The notes: a model not told the origin generated them from the letters alone. Positions 49,640-63,600 are shown, counted from the stretch's first letter. The stretch: 64,000 nt of DNA from Lytechinus pictus (GCF_037042905.1 NC_087249.1:10046001-10110000), one strand, 5' to 3'. Numbers and translations are program-made.

Positions 49640-50520
49640 TAAGTTACGAATGACTGGAACACGTTTTTAGGTGTTAAGTCAGCTATACATTCAGATATAT
49701 CATTTTAGCACAAGAAAGGGTCGCCAGTTTCGTAACTTACAAAAGGCAGTGTGCAACAACACTCCAGACAACAAAAAACGAATTCGAACATTTAGTGCAA
49801 ATATCTTCTTCTTCTTTTTTACAGGAACTTGTAGGTCCTACTAATTCGAATTACAAAGTGCAGAAAATAGACCCGTCTTAAAAGGTTGCGGAAGACACCA
49901 GCAAGTGAATACATAAAACATGTAAAATGAAACATTTTTACTTCTCGAATTCTATGCATAATTTATTTGTAATATTTTTGTTGGTCAAATTATAGCTTAC
50001 CAGGTGATAATTCAAATTTTACCTCGCAAAACGCATTTTTTTTTTGGCGCTTTTATGCTCATGGAGTAGAGACGGTAAAAAAATATTTTAAAAGTTGTCT
50101 GCGTTTTTCATAATTGTTCTAACAGATTGGGAGAAGAATCAATTGAACTGCCGGCAATAAAAGCCAGTTTTTTTTAGTAACGGTAGCAAATATTTAATCT
50201 TATGAGAATCTGAAACCCCCAAAACAAAAACAAAAAATATTGCGAGTGAGCAAGGAGATTGGGCTAAAAAAAGTGAAATTTTAAACTCCTAGAACTTTAT
50301 AAAAGATGCATTTACCTTTTGTATAAAAAAGATTCTGCGTTCTTTTCCCCATTTTTTTCTTGAGTTTCGGTGCCTGCTCAAATCGCCGCCTGTAAGTTAC
50401 TTTTTTAGAACTGAATTTTCATCTTTTAAGAATGATGTAAACTCGTATTATGCCTATAAAATTGCAGATTTTAACAGGGCTGCAAAATTATGCGATCCGA
50501 GCTGTACAAAACATTACCCC

Positions 50521-50867
50521 TTAAAGGAGAATAAAACGCTTGTACATAACTCGTAGAAAACAGAAAAATCAACGAATAAGATCAATGAAAGTTTGAGAAC
50601 ATTAATGGCAAAACAATACGAAAGTTATGGGTATTTGAATGTTGAAATCACTTCTTTTATGGAGATCCTCCGATTGGCAATGCAACCATGATTTGTGATG
50701 TCACAGGACAAATCTCCCTTTCGTTACACTGATAATATAACCCAAATTAAAACATCTATCTTAGCCCATTCTTACTATTTGTTAATCTTAGTTTCTCAAA
50801 CTTTCATTGATTTGTTTTCTGTTTTCACACAAGCTAACTCTTTTCCAGGGTGACATTCTCTTTTTAA
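50521..50867. mobile_element. Internally deleted Kolobok-like MITE
   Basis: TTAA ends; similar to 52426-53025. Confidence 0.65.
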
Positions 50868-51016
50868 AAGTATGTAAAGACTAGATTAATGCATTCACCT
50901 ACAACCAATCGATAATGTGCCAGGAGCGGATCCAGGAGGGGGGGGGTCGGAAAGTAATTTGTGGGGTGCTTGTCAGTTTTTGTTGAGATCAAGCGCCTTT
51001 CATTTTGTGAGTGATG

Positions 51017-51490
51017 CCCGGGGGGCCACTTACATTGACGAGTGGATACCATGCGCGACCAAAAAAAACCACGTAAAAATGATGTCTTTTTCAAGCTTAG
51101 GGTACGTTACGTACGTAACGTAATAAGGGTGTCAAAAACACACACAAAATGAAAAAAGGGGATCTATTTCGCTAGGAAAGCTTTGTGTTTAGGGTCAAAT
51201 TTGATAGGGTATAAAAAGACAAATGTTTTTTTAAGGATGTAAATTTTTGCCCAAACAGTCAACACTAGATCTACATGTTTAGAGTCCGATTTGCGCGAGG
51301 TGTGGGAGGTGGGGCCGTACTAAACCCAATGATGTAGGTCAAGGTAAAACCGACGTCCTTTGACATATAACAAATAAAAATATCGCTGTACTTGTTTAGG
51401 GGTTCAATAATTTAGGGAATACTTGCCAAGGGTATCGTTTTGTTTCCAATACTTGTTAAGGGTAGTGTTTTACACGGTAATACTTGTTAC
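51017..51490. mobile_element. Second, 3'-truncated copy of the 47660-48217 MITE
   Basis: Colinear similarity starting at cccgggggccacttacattgacgagtggatacc. Confidence 0.85.
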
Positions 51491-51664
51491 TTGTCAAAGA
51501 ACAATTATGCACAATAAAGTGATGTGAAAATAAAAACGTCGTTGATGTCACTCATCACTATTTCTTTTTACTTTTTGTAGTGAAAGATTTGACAAGAGAG
51601 TAACGGAATCATAAGATAAAGGTTGCAACCATGATAATCCCTCACTTTCAAAAAGGAATCAAGC

Positions 51665-51929
51665 CAGGGGCGGATCCAGGCTTTTTCGAAAGAGGGGACA
51701 CATATAAGAGGGGACACATATTCCCGAGGAAAAATTTGACAAAAAAAATGTTTTAACCAAAAATTTAAAAAAGCTGACAAGCAAAAAAAAGGGGTATTCA
51801 CTTTCAAAAGGGGAAGGGGGCACACTTCTATTTTAACGGCATTCTTACATACAAATTCTAATTGTGCCTCTCAAAGTGGGGGGGGGGCGGCACGGGCCGG
51901 CTGTGCCCCCCACCCTGGATCCGCCAGTG
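51665..51929. mobile_element. hAT-like MITE
   Basis: TIR caggggcggatccagg / cctggatccgccagtg; TSD aatcaagc / aatcatgc (7/8). Confidence 0.8.
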
Positions 51930-52198
51930 AATCATGCATTGTATCACATTATAATGAAGAGAGATATCTCATAAAATACCATACAAAAGAAATAGTGAGT
52001 TGGTGATGTCATTGTGCAAATAACTGTTTTGTGAAAAATAAGCCCCCCCCCAAAAAAAAAAAAAAATTAATGCGTCATAACTTACTTATTTTACATCAAA
52101 TTTTGATGAAGTTTTAAGCGTTGTGCCAGTTTCATTTTCCTATTTCCATGTAATTATTATTTTGCTTGAGGAGTTGCCGACCTGATAGTTTAATATAC

Positions 52199-52382
52199 CG
52201 TCCCGGGAACATTTCCGTTGTCATGGTTGTGTAACGTAAAGGTCGTCGATCTCGGGACGGCTAAAGACCAACTGGATCCTTGATAACCCCTAAATGATGT
52301 GACTGCATCGGATGAACTTTCAAACCAAGGTATCAACATGCTATAGATTCGTCGATCAAAGTCCACCATCAACGTTCTACTC
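52199..52382 (-). pseudogene. Exon-like segment, open frame, weak splice sites
   Basis: Reads SRTLMVDFDRRIYSMLIPWFESSSDAV...NGNVPGT; GC-richer island between MITEs. Confidence 0.35.
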
Positions 52383-52425
52383 CTCGTAGTATAGTAGAGG
52401 AGTAATTTAGAGGACTTTTGATTAA

Positions 52426-53025
52426 AGGAAAATGAAACCCTTGAAACAAGATAGCTTGGGCAAAAACAGAAAAATCAAAGAAACGGGTAAACGAAAGTTT
52501 GAGAAATATTGAATGAATAATAAGAAATTTATGAGCATTTGAAGTTTAGATCATTATTGTAGTGTAGATCCTCCCATTGACAATGCGACATAGATGTGTG
52601 GTGTCACATGTGAACAACCTTCCCATTACTTTTCTATATATTTCACTTAAAATGCCTCTTTTATCACATCTATCAGTATATAGATATAGTATATAGATCA
52701 CATTTTCTTTCTATAGGAGGGCATGTAATACAGATTTTCAAAAAATACATTATGGATAAAGAGTTTGTATCACCCTAAAAAGAGCAAAAATTGACATTTT
52801 CAGGGTATTTTATAGTTCATCAAAGGGAAAGTTGTTCACATATTACATCACAAATATTTGTCGCATTGCCAATAGGAAGATCTCCATATAATTTTGTGAT
52901 CGCAATATTCAAATGCTCATAACTTTCTCATTATTTGTCCGATTTTTTTCAAACTTGCTTTGATCTTATTCTTTGATTTTTCTGTTTCCACAAAAGCCAA
53001 CTTGTTTCAAACGTTTCATTCCCCT
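52426..53025. mobile_element. Complete TTAA-flanked (Kolobok-like) palindromic MITE
   Basis: TTAA-AGG...CCT-TTAA with ~200-bp imperfect inverted arms. Confidence 0.88.
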
Positions 53026-53250
53026 TTAAAACGAAAGAGGTACCAGTATCCGAATTTCGGAACATAAAGGAACCCCACATTTACCACATCAAACGTCTGG
53101 CAGTGCATCTCTGCTACATGACATCCCCTTTGATCACTATTAGATAATATGTATTTCCTCACACTATTGGATGATTTGGAGCTACAATAGAGAGTATCAA
53201 GTCACCTTTAGGTTTACACTATTTTTGAGAAGGAAAAACCTGTATTTTAA

Positions 53251-53849
53251 AAGGTCAAGTCCACCCAAGAAAATTGTTGATTTGAATAAAAAGAGAAAAA
53301 TCAAAACTAGCATAACACTGAAAATTACATCAAAATCGGATGTAAAATAAGAAAGTTATGACATTTTAAAGTTTCGTTTTTTTTCACAAAACAGCTATAC
53401 ACGACTCGGTGACATGCAAATGAGTCAGCTGATGATGTCCATCACTCACTATTTTTTTTTGCTTTTTTGTTTGAATTATACAATATTTCATTTTTTTTTA
53501 CATATTTGACAACTTGATTAGGACCAACTTGACTGAACCATATAGTATTAAACAATGCTCATTCCACATGTTCAGGGAGGAATTAATCGTTGTTTCACTT
53601 GACAATGAGGAGAAAATTAGAATATTTCATATTTCATATAATAAAATACAAAAGAAAAAGTGAGTGGATGACGTCATCAGTCTCCTCATTTGCATACCGT
53701 CCAGGATGAGCATTATGAAATTAAGCGAAACTTTAAAATGTCATAATTTTCTTATTTTACATCCTATTTTTATGAAATTTTCAGGGTTATGCTTGTTGGA
53801 TTGTTCTCTTTTTATTCAAGTAGACATTTTGTTGGGGTGGACTTGTCCT
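53251..53849. mobile_element. Complete Kolobok-like MITE (ggtcaagtccacc family)
   Basis: TTAA flanks; TIR aggtcaagtccaccc / ggggtggacttgtcct; homologous to 60437-61027 and 63734-64000. Confidence 0.88.
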
Positions 53850-54292
53850 TTAAGCAAAACATTACATTTTCTTAATTTTAATTTTATTTCTCTTTTTGTT
53901 ACACTCTTGTCGTTTGTTCATGATAAAACTCATATTACAAACTGATGTTTGTATCTTTCTGACAAACTATCCACAAAGCATGAGGAAATCTGTAAAAGAA
54001 GAGAGTAATATTATCATATTTCCAGTATGAGAGAGTTTTTATACCCACAAGTTATGAATGCAATATTATACAAAACCACCATTTACGGCAAACCTTTTTT
54101 TATTCAACCTAATTCCTTTAAAAATCAATAAAAAATCGGGCGCTCCTTTTGGGCGTCCCAGCCTGTAGGGACTACATGTAGAAGAGATGCAATGTCAGAC
54201 ATTTACGTTTGGTAACTTGGGCCTTTTTTCCACATACTTGTTCCAATGTTCAGATACTGATACCTAGTATAGTTCGTTTGATAAAAAATCAC

Positions 54293-54563
54293 CTTGCTGT
54301 CTGATTATAAAACTGGGTCCTAGCTCTCAAGTTTGGCCAGTCAACAATGACGTCAGACCTCATCTCACCGTAATAGATAACCACATCACATCCGGATGCC
54401 TTCTAAGCAACATTCTCCTATTCGCCTGACCCGCCATCACCTCCTGGTGAAATCTTTCCAAGTTCCTCACTAACCTGACTGCATGCATGATTGGCGGTTC
54501 GATCCACTTCCAATTCTGGGTCAGGATCGAAGGGGTGGAAGTCTTGGCCGACACCAGTTAATT
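54293..54563 (-). pseudogene. Exon-like segment with two in-frame TAG codons, phase-compatible with 52199-52382
   Basis: Polypyrimidine tract plus AG at 54564-65 and GT donor at 54292. Reads ...DVVIYYGEMRSDVIVDWPNLRARTQFYNQTA. Confidence 0.4.
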
Positions 54564-54840
54564 CTTGCGCCGATGTAAAAAGAAAAGAGAACGAGCGAAA
54601 CAATCTTATATTATTATGTTCCGTTTCTCTTCTAAATTTATATTATCCAACAAAATAACAGACCATGTAGGGCCCATTCTTCTAAGGTAACAGGGATCTG
54701 CAGCCAACCACAATAAAAGTTTCCATGATAGTTACAATAATACCAAATCAAACATAATTTGGACTTCTGGTATCAAATTAAAGTTGATTCATATCGACGC
54801 ACACCATGCTGATTACATGTCTGTTGATATTTCTGTAATA

Positions 54841-55011
54841 CAGGGGCCGCGGAACCGGGGGGCTGGGGGGCTTCAGCCCCCCCCACACTTTTTTCCATAA
54901 CCGTGTACAAAAACGTAAAAATGACCATACGATTGTGATTTTTAGCATGGTCAGCCCCCCACTGTTGGCTCAGCCCCCCCCCCCACTTTGAAAACCGTTC
55001 CGCGGCCCCTG
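54841..55011. mobile_element. hAT-like MITE
   Basis: 15-bp TIR CAGGGGCCGCGGAAC; cagcccccc internal repeats; degenerate flanking duplication. Confidence 0.8.
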
Positions 55012-55850
55012 TCAGTACTATGAAAAAAATATTTATGTTTCGTAATTGTATAATTCACAAAATATTATTTTTCAACTTGCTAAACGAGATCTTTCCAAAA
55101 AGTTCCAGATCTCAATCCTACAATGATGTCAGTCTTTAATAAGAACATTTTATAAATGAAATACACTAACCGCAGAATCCTTAAAAAGCTGAAAAAAATT
55201 CCATGCTTTATAATATATACATTTTCTCTTGCTAGTGATACTTCAGTATGCCTGACATTGCAGCTTTTCTGTTATTACCAAGGGGTGCATGCTTGACTCG
55301 GGCATATCTATACTTACCATTGTCCCTTTAGCTCAACAGCAATTGGGTGATATCACTGCAGGAATGAGATCTGGGACTCTGGTTATAAGAAAAGTCCACC
55401 CCAAAAGTTGACCTGAATAGAAAGACTAAATCAAACAAATAAAACGCTGTAAACTTCATCAAAATCGGTTTTAAATCAATAAAGTTAACTTTTACAATTA
55501 TATATACATGTACATGGTGATTAGCAATTGGGAGAGTTGCCGGAGAGTTGAAATTGAAATATTACAATTTTTGAATGTTCTAAAAAAGTGGTATTTCCCT
55601 TTGATATAGAAGTAAAATGAAATTAAAAGTCCAGTGAAATGTTGAGTAATCGTTAAAAACTAATAATTTGGCAGTTATTGAAGTTGTTTACCGGTATATA
55701 TTTCAACTTCACTTATGCAGAATCCCTCACACCGGCCTCAAAGCATTTATGAAAATTTAGAAAATATAATTGGTTAAGTTCTGCGTGTGTGTGTGTGGAT
55801 TTCTTTATGTATTTTTCTTATACACTCTCTAGAATTTCTCATTAGGTGCA

Positions 55851-58513
55851 AGGTAAAAAGGGCAGAGGTAAATGTGGCATGCAGAGGTAAAAATAACAGA
55901 GATAAAAATGGCAGAGGTAAAAATGGCAGAGGTAAAATGGCAGAGGTAAAAATGACAGAGGTAATATTTGCAGAGGTAAAAATGACAGAGGTAATAGTGG
56001 CAGAGGTAAAAATGGCACTATGGCAGAGGTAAAAAAGACAGAGATAAAATGGACAGAGATAAAATGGCCAGAGATAAAAATGACAGAGGTAAAAATGGCA
56101 GAGGTAAAAATGACAGAGGTAACGGTGGCAGAGGTAAAAATGACAGAGGTAATAGTGGCAGAGGTAAAAATGACAGAGGTAATAGTGGCAGAGGTAAAAA
56201 TGACAGAGGTAATAGTGGCAGAGGTAAAAATGGCACTATGGCAGAGGTAAAATGGCAGAGGTAAAAATGACAGAGGTAACGGTGGCAGAGGTAAAAATGA
56301 CAGAGGTAATAATGGCACTATGGCAGAGGTAATAATGGCAGAGGTAAAAATGACAGAGGTAACGGTGGCAGAGGTAAAAATGACAGAGGTAATAGTGGCA
56401 GAGGTAAAAATGACAGAGGTAATAGTGGCAGAGGTAAAAATGGCACTATGGCAGAGGTAAAATGGCAGAGGTAAAAATGACAGAGGTAACGGTGGCAGAG
56501 GTAAAAATGGCAGAGGTAAAAATGGCACTATGGCAGAGGTAATAATGGCAGAGGTAAAAATGACAGAGGTAACGGTGGCAGAGGTAAAAATGACAGAGGT
56601 AATAGTGGCAGAGGTAAAAATGACAGAGGTAATAGTGGCAGAGGTAAAAATGGCACTATGGCAGAGGTAAAATGGCAGAGGTAAAAATGACAGAGGTAAC
56701 GGTGGCAGAGGTAAAAATGACAGAGGTAATAGTGGCAGAGGTAAAAATGACAGAGGTAATAGTGGCAGAGGTAAAAATGACAGAGGTAATAGTGGCAGAG
56801 GTAAAAATGGCACTATGGCAGAGGTAAAATGGCAGAGGTAAAAATGACAGAGGTAACGGTGGCAGAGGTAAAAATGACAGAGGTAATAATGGCAGAGGTA
56901 AAAATGGCACTATGGCAGAGGTAAAAAAAGACAGAGATAAAATGGACAGAGATAAAATGGCCAGAGATAAAAATGGCAGAGGTAAAATGGCAGAGGTAAA
57001 ATGGCAGAGATAAAATGGACAGAGATAAAAATGACAGAGGTAAAAATGGCAGAGGTAAAAATGACAGAGGTAACGGTGGCAGAGGTAAAAATGACAGAGG
57101 TAATAGTGGCAGAGGTAAAAATGACAGAGGTAATAGTGGCAGAGGTAAAAATGACAGAGGTAATAGTGGCAGAGGTAAAAATGACAGAGGTAATAGTGGC
57201 AGAGGTAAAAATGACAGAGGTAATAGTGGCAGAGGTAAAAATGGCACTATGGCAGAGGTAAAATGGCAGAGGTAAAAATGACAGAGGTAACGGTGGCAGA
57301 GGTAAAAATGACAGAGGTAATAATGGCAGAGGTAAAAATGACAGAGGTAATAGTGGCAGAGGTAAAAATGACAGAGGTAATAGTGGCAGAGGTAAAAATG
57401 GCACTATGGCAGAGGTAAAAATGACAGAGCTAGTAACGGTGGCAGAGGTAAAAATGACAGAGGTAATAGTGGCAGAGGTAAAAATGGCACTATGGCAGAG
57501 GTAAAATGGCAGAGGTAAAAATGACAGAGGTAACGGTGGCAGAGGTAAAAATGACAGAGGTAATAGTGGCAGAGGTAAAAATGGCAGAGGTAAAAATGAC
57601 AGAGGTAACGGTGGCAGAGGTAAAAATGACAGAGGTAATAGTGGCAGAGGTAAAATGGCAGAGATAAAATGGACAGAGGTAAAAATGGCAGAGGTAAAAA
57701 TGACAGAGGTAACGGTGGCAGAGGTAAAAATGACAGAGGTAATAGTGGCAGAGGTAAAAATGACAGAGGTAATAGTGGCAGAGGTAAAAATGACAGAGGT
57801 AATAGTGGCAGAGGTAAAAATGACAGAGGTAATAGTGGCAGAGGTAAAAACGGCACTATGGCAGAGGTAAAATGGCAGAGGTAAAAATGACAGAGGTAAC
57901 GGTGGCAGAGGTAAAAATGACAGAGGTAATAATGGCAGAGGTAAAAATGACAGAGGTAATAGTGGCAGAGGTAAAAATGACAGAGGTAATAGTGGCAGAG
58001 GTAAAAATGGCACTATGGCAGAGGTAAAATGGCAGAGGTAAAAATGACAGAGGTAACGGTGGCAGAGGTAAAAATGACAGAGGTAATAATGGCAGAGGTA
58101 AAAATGGCACTATGGCAGAGGTAAAAAAGACAGAGATAAAATGGACAGAGATAAAATGGCCAGAGATAAAAATGGCAGAGGTAAAATGGCAGAGGTAAAA
58201 TGGCAGAGATAAAATGGACAGAGATAAAAATGACAGAGGTAAAAATGGCAGAGGTAAAAATGACAGAGGTAACGGTGGCAGAGGTAAAAATGACAGAGGT
58301 AATAGTGGCAGAGGTAAAAATGACAGAGGTAATAGTGGCAGAGGTAAAAATGACAGAGGTAATAGTGGCAGGAGTAAAAATGGCAGAGGTAAAAATGACA
58401 GAGGTAATAGTGGCAGAGGTAAAAATGACAGAGATAAAATGGACAGAGGTAAAAATGGCAGAGGTTAAAATGGCAGGGTTAATTTGGCAGGGGTTTAAAA
58501 TGGTAGAGGTAAA
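55851..58513. repeat. 2.7-kb tandem array of 15-bp monomers forming a 30-bp dimer
   Basis: GGCAGAGGTAAAAAT alternating with GACAGAGGTAATAGT, with variant units and an 8-bp GGCACTAT punctuation. Confidence 0.97.
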
Positions 58514-60436
58514 GGAAAAGTCGCTACGTACGGAATAGTTTCAATACCTTTCTCATTGACAACATAAATTGCTTCTAGACCACGTAGAGGTACATATAAT
58601 ATATATTTGTTTCTATCGTGTTTTATCACGGGTATACAGATGGGGCTCGGGGACATGGACCCCCCAAAAAAAGAAAATTAAATAAAATAAAAATATAAAT
58701 AAATAAAATTATACATGTACCAAGAAAATGGGATGGAAGGGATGGAATATGATATTATTTTTTTTATATGATGTTCAAGCCTATCACAAAATCAGACTTT
58801 TGTATGGCAAAGCCTTAATTTTTTGGGGGGCGGATGGGGGCTCATATATATCTCTATTTTGTATAGGTTTGACCAAAGTACACAGAATTTATACGATTGT
58901 AGGAAAAACAAAATGACTCCACTCGTATCCATATTGTGTCCACATGAAAACACATTTTACAATATTTTGTAGTCGATTATTTATCTCATGATTCATGTCA
59001 TAATACGTTAATGACCATTTCTAGTCGATATCACCATGAAAATACTTTTTAAGGTTAAATATGCTCAATGATATTGTTAGGGGCGTAGATCCATTTTTGG
59101 ATGACGGGAGGGGCAAAAGCGAGAAATTGTCCAAATTTCGGCGCACTCTGCGCGCTAAATTAACACAATTTTCACAAAATAATGATCAGATTATAGTTAT
59201 GTTTTATATTGTATTTTAATGCCAGGTTTAATGGTTCTATAGCAGTGTATAATGCTTTTCCATGCTGTTTAAAACGTACATTTGCATTGCATTTTGTAAA
59301 CATTTCTAGGTGTCAAAATTATTGGGGGAAATTTCCCCATATTCTCCCCACCAGGCCAGGATCGACACATCCATATCGCTAAGATATTAGGCCCCATTCA
59401 TAACTGAAATCACGATTTATTTCAACATGACTTCTTAATTGTACTCGACCAACCCTTCTGGTAACTTTACCATTGTAGCAAACTGTCATCACGATGGCTA
59501 AGGGCAAATAAATCACAGGCTTCCCACATTGGCAATGTTATATTAAACCTACTTATGAAACAGACTCCTTGATTAATGTACCTCTTACAATGAATGCACA
59601 ATTTCATTTATAAGGAGAACGACACTTTCACTTCCGAAAAAAATCTCATTATCATCTTCATAATTATCAAAGGAAATATCTCTTGAGGCCGCCACTTCCC
59701 TTTGTCTCATGAGGGTGCATGTACCACAACCAAATTCGGAGAAATATTTTATCTTTCTTGTGAGATTTCCCCCAAAGATTGCATAGTATAACTGACTGAC
59801 TGACAAACACTTATGGTTTCCCTTTTGTTTTGATTTTATCGGTACTTGGTCTTGGCAATTAAAGGTCCCTTTACAAACATCTATTTTTTAGCCATTTTAA
59901 ACCTTCCAAAATGTTGAACTCTCGTCTGCTTTGTCTTGCGTTAGTCAGCCTGTTTGCAGACTTGCTGTACTTCACCAACTTTCTTGGATTGTGGAGTCAC
60001 TAAACCAGCAGGTTAAAAATAAGATATTGTACGATTTTTTGTGATAAAAAGTTTGTTCGAATTGTTAGAAAATAACCGTATTTCACATGTTTCACTTACC
60101 TGGTTTTCACCACAGTGCACTTTTCATCTTTCCCCTTGATATAGGCACAATTTCGGGAGAAGAAATCCTGGCTGGTATACAGTTTGAGAACAAATATCCG
60201 GTGTTTAAATTCTGTTGTCGTGTGCCGCTTTGGTCGGACATTTAAAATGCCATTGTTGTTTCCAAAGGCGGTCCTACTTGCATTCCTTTCGGCAAAATAC
60301 ATCCACATTCACCTGCCTATCAGCTACTAGTATTCAAAATGTTCCCGCCATTGTGCGCTCGATCGTTTCGCCCAAGTGCGTAACCATGGGCGTTTGCATG
60401 TCGTGATTGCCTGCGTCAATGTCGTTTATCACTTAA

Positions 60437-61027
60437 AAGACAGGTCCACCTCAACATAAAGTTGATTTGAATAAAAGGAGAAAAATTCAACAAGCATAAC
60501 ACTGAAAATTTCATCAAAATCGGATGTAAAATAAGAAATTTATGACATTTTAAAGTTTCGCTTAATTTCACAAAATAGTTATATGCACATCCCGGACGGT
60601 ATGCAAATGAGGGAATGACATCACTCACTCACTATTTTTTTTGTATTTTATTATATGAAATATGAAATATTCTGATTTTCTCCTTATTGTCCTGTGAAAC
60701 AAACTTGCCCTGAACATGTGTAATTAGCATTGCTTAACGTTTTACGGTTCAGTCAAGTTGGTTCTTATTGTCAAATCTGTAAAATTTGAAATATTGTATA
60801 ATTCAAACAATAAAAAACAAAAGAAATAGTGAGTGAGGGTTATCATCAATTCTCTCATTTGCATGTGACTAAATTGTGCATATAACTATTTTGTGAAAAA
60901 TAAGCGAAACTTTGAAATGTCATAACTTTCTTATTTTACAACCGATTTTGATGAAATCTTCAACACTTTGCTTGTCTGATTTTTCTTTATTGATACAAAT
61001 CAACATTTCCTGAGGTGGACTTGACCT
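60437..61027. mobile_element. Complete Kolobok-like MITE (inverted relative to 53251-53849)
   Basis: TTAA at 60433-36 and 61028-31; TIR aagacaggtccacctca / tgaggtggacttgacct. Confidence 0.88.
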
Positions 61028-62699
61028 TTAAATACTTGATTACTGGAAAGGGGGGGGGGGGGGGGCTTCAGCCTGCCAAAGAAAATTCAACCAGGGTTTA
61101 TTTCAAATTCAATAAAGGCGATATTACGTGAATTTAAAAGTTATTTTCTCTCTAACTCCATTTCTCGTAAAATTACGTTATGCATTTGGTCGCATTTCAT
61201 AAGTTGGGTATATGCGAAAAGGGTGGCGGATGAACAAATTTCCACGCAGATCCGTGGATAAATTGTACCTACATCTCAGCCCCATGACCAAATTTGTTAT
61301 GTGATGTCTCATTTTGAAACTAGAACTAAAGGCTGAATATATTGCTTTAAAATTAGATCAATACAATATCAGCAACAAAAACTACAGCGCATTAAGTTTG
61401 AAGTTACAGGGGTGCATGGCGGAGCCGGTGGATGCGGTGAATGATAATCATGTTGAAATGTGATGCTTGACTCACGATTTTTGTTCATTTAAAGCAAATT
61501 GTTGCATGGGTTAAATGCGGCTACTTTACAAGATAAAGTTCAATTATTGTCAAAAAACTTTTGGAATTATTTATATACAGTTAAATTATTAATGATCTGC
61601 CTAATTAATATACTCGATTAAAATGTTTGCCAATAATACAACTTTTTTCTTAATTTCTTTTAATTTCACTTTAATTTGCACTTTTTTAAGTTGATGTACA
61701 TTTATATACAAGGTATAGGCATGTAGGTAGATTATGTTAAGTTGATTAAACTTAATTAAGTAACAACTTAAACATGTAGGCCTATTATTATGTCATAATA
61801 TATTTTGATATGTATACTGACTGTCAGCCTCGTATTTAGTTTAAATGCAAAGAACAACTAAACTTGTATTTTTGCAATTTATAAGCTTTTTTTTCTGTCC
61901 ATGGTACAGTGACTTTGCCAGTCATGTAAGTGTGACAGTCATTTGTTGTTGTTGAATAATTGCGAAATTAAACATTAAAAGTAGATGTAATTAATATGAA
62001 TTTTTTCATCTCATTTCATTTATTTATTTCAAATTCTCATGAAAAACATACAACATACTGACGTGTAAACGTGTATTATTTTAGAAGGGGAGCGTGAATG
62101 ACGAATCTTTGGAGAAATTATATGCAGTTCAAATCAAAAGCATTTATTCAAAGTTCGAGTATAGTTGAGTAGATATTACTGAAGAATCAAAATAAAGCAG
62201 GCGATGGAAACAAGTATTCAGAAGTATAATAGTTGATATTTAAACTTTAAGTCTTGAAGTCAGTCAGTATATCTGGATGAGTGTGGGTCTAGTAGTCGAT
62301 GTCTCTATAATAATCAAGAGGTTTTATTTAAATAATTAGTTTTGGGGTGTAACAATTTAAGGTGGGAGTGATCTAAATTTCTTCTGATTGGTCTAAAGGT
62401 AACTGTCTATCAAACTTTCTCTGGTATAAGGGTGTTGTGATACTCTGTTCAGTGACTGGGGCTGGTATTATGAGTCATACTTCTTCTTAGAACTTTAGTT
62501 CCTCGAAGTTAGCTGACGTCACTGAGGGTTGGTCTTTTATGGTCAGGGTTTAGGAGTTAAATTGTATTGGGGGTTTTGGAATTCTAAGATGACATTGGGA
62601 GAGTTTTTAACAAGTGAAGGTGAATGACTGAAAGGATAACAGGAAGTTAAACTACATACTACATAACAATACAAATCAAAGATAAAGAATACATTGAAT

Positions 62700-63600
62700 A
62701 CAAATAAAGATACAAAAATGGAAATACATAAACAAGAGATTAAATGAGAAATTGGTTAGCCAGCATAGGCCTCTGGCCTTTCTAAGGCCGGGCTCCCAAA
62801 ACTATGATAATAATCATAATCATAAGAGAGAGAGAATGTACTGTAAACATCTAAGAATGTGGGTGGGTGATGAGGCAATTACAATTATTTTCAGATTTAT
62901 TTATAGGCGCCAATAAGGTATTTTTTCATAGCTGTTTTTGAAAGAGGCAAGATTTGGGCATCATTTTGATTTCTTTAGGTATTTTTTGTCCCATAAAATA
63001 ACTCCGGCAGCATAATTGTACAGATTTTCTAGAAGTTTCATAGTTTAACAAAGGTAAATATAAATCACTAGATTGAATGGACATTTTCAGTCAGTTTAAA
63101 ATATTTTGTGAATATGGGAGGAAGCAACTGGTGCTCAAACATATGCATAAAAGAAGCTATTTGTAAATTGTATAAATGCACAAAATTGTAAGAACTTTAA
63201 ACTTGTAGAATAGTTGTCCAGAAGGCGTTCTTGGATGGGATGCTCGTAATAATGCTCTTTTCTGTACTGAGAACAAAGACTCTATTTAAACATGTTTTAT
63301 AGCACAGCTACCCCAAGCCATCGTGCAGTAAGATAGGCCTAAATGTGGTAAAGTTGTTGCATTATCATGATAAATTAATATATATATAAAATTTGACGTT
63401 GTATAAATGTCTTATTCTAAATATAACACTAATAGCACAAGATATTTTTTGTAGAATTACTTCTACATGAGAAGACAAAGACAGGTTTTCATCAGAACGA
63501 TTCCAAGAAAATTAATTGTACAAACTTGTAATATGTTTTTATCATTCAAGTCATATCACTACATAAGATTATTAAAAAGTTTCTTATTTTTTGTTTTGAA
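62700..63600 (-). mobile_element. Decayed 3' end of an L2/Crack-type LINE
   Basis: Minus frame reads LPHLGLSYCTMAWGSC...LFSVQKRAL...QLFYKFKVLTI, the typical post-RT 'YC..VWG......L..LQKRA.R....PLF..L.IL' pattern. Confidence 0.6.

Noticed and set aside
55851..58513. CRISPR-like array
   Set aside because: No unique spacers, no cas genes, eukaryotic context. The same applies to the HINE internal repeats.
55842..58538. Long ORFs (323 aa, 367 aa etc.) and RG-rich ORFs
   Set aside because: By-products of a 15-bp repeat with no stop codon in several frames; frames shift at every 8-bp or 14-bp variant.
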